NCBI GenBank assembly: GCA_032718475.1
Contig: JAUCBJ010008879.1
Location: 1-37,532, forward strand
Direction of reading: 5' to 3'
DNA from: Nemertoderma westbladi
Taxonomy: Eukaryota; Animalia; Xenacoelomorpha
DNA length: 37,532 nt
In this document: in pieces, positions 36,855-37,532 of the stretch
Position numbering within the stretch: the stretch's first letter is position 1
How the letters are laid out: each line of letters begins with the position of its first letter
The notes under the pieces: model-generated
Database searches by the model: none
Told to the model about the DNA's origin: nothing
The model's input: the letters and a program-made list of their open reading frames with translations, nothing else
Made by a program: the position numbers and the translations under genes

Positions 36855-37019
36855 CTGAGTGAATATTGAATCGAATGCGAACATTCGGGTGGGCGTTGTC
36901 CGGATACCGGAACTGGAAGGCCGGGACCCCTCCGGTTCCAGAATAGTCAGCTGTTTCCGTCGCTGGTCCACCTTCATCCAATGGGAGGCCGAGGGGCCGG
37001 GACAAATACGCAACATCAC
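36855..37019 (-). CDS. KIF26: KIF26-like motor-domain N-terminal exon (not in the supplied ORF track in this frame)
   Basis: Translates VMLRICPGPSASHWMKVDQRRKQLTILEP...RMFAFDSIFTQ, matching KIF26 VMLRIC...KVDxRKKQ...MFAFD; acceptor ttctgctag, donor gttagt; 165 nt, phase 0. Confidence 0.9.
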
Positions 37020-37119
37020 CTAGCAGAAGGAATTGGTATACGATTTTAATTAAATGAGTAACCAATTAACGTCAGGCCAGCTAACTGAATCCAACATGGC
37101 CAGGGGGGGGGGGGGGGGG

Positions 37120-37364
37120 ATAGCGGGAGTATTCAACCTTGGGAGCTTGATACTGACCTTAATCTTGCCGATCCCCGGTCCATCTCTCCGCTGTAACGCG
37201 GTACCCAGACCGGGTGGGACGGGGGGTGGGGGGGGGGGGGGGGGGGGGGGGGGTAGATAACGGGAGTATTCAACCTTGGGAGCTTGATACTGACCTTAAT
37301 CTTGCCGATCCCCGGTCCATCTCTCCGCTGTAACGCGGTACCCAGACCGGGTGGGACGGGGGGT

Positions 37365-37395
<31 letters not shown>

Positions 37396-37532
37396 AAATA
37401 GCGGGAGTATTCAACCTTGGGAGCTTGATACTGACCTTAATCTTGCCGATCCCCGGTCCATCTCTCCGCTGTAACGCGGTACCCAGACCGGGTGGGACGG
37501 GGGGTGGGGGGGGGGGGGGGGGGGTAGATAAC
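37120..37532 (-). repeat. Tandem ~137-141-bp repeat (3 copies plus the start of a 4th) made of a KIF26 exon 3' end, splice donor and G/C homopolymer
   Basis: Minus-strand unit encodes PVPPGLGTALQRRDGPGIGKIK followed by gtcagt; candidate exon ends at 37158, 37295 and 37436; continues past the window end. Confidence 0.88.

Overview
Eukaryotic (metazoan, probably invertebrate) genomic DNA with AT-rich intergenic and intronic sequence. Two minus-strand genes flank a ~16.6 kb array of a 42-bp minisatellite (8879-25475, ~395 copies). Left: a single-ORF ADAD1-like gene (5516-7144; one dsRBD plus an ADAR-type deaminase domain that has lost all three Zn ligands and the catalytic Glu). Right: the 3' part of a spliced KIF26-like (kinesin-11) gene. 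Seven exons reconstruct in frame from 37019 to 29530, and its nucleotide-binding motifs are degenerate. The 3' end and splice donor of the next upstream KIF26 exon are tandemly amplified at the window edge (37120-37532). The 42-bp unit carries Sp/KLF, ETS and TALE-like motifs, and the array shows kb-scale higher-order duplications. A hAT-type MITE (8-bp TSD, with a second MITE nested inside) separates it from a lone diverged unit. Several other MITEs, a LINE 3' remnant, short tandem repeats and an intronic hairpin are present. The long ORFs in the array are repeat artefacts. No CRISPR or prokaryotic features are supported.
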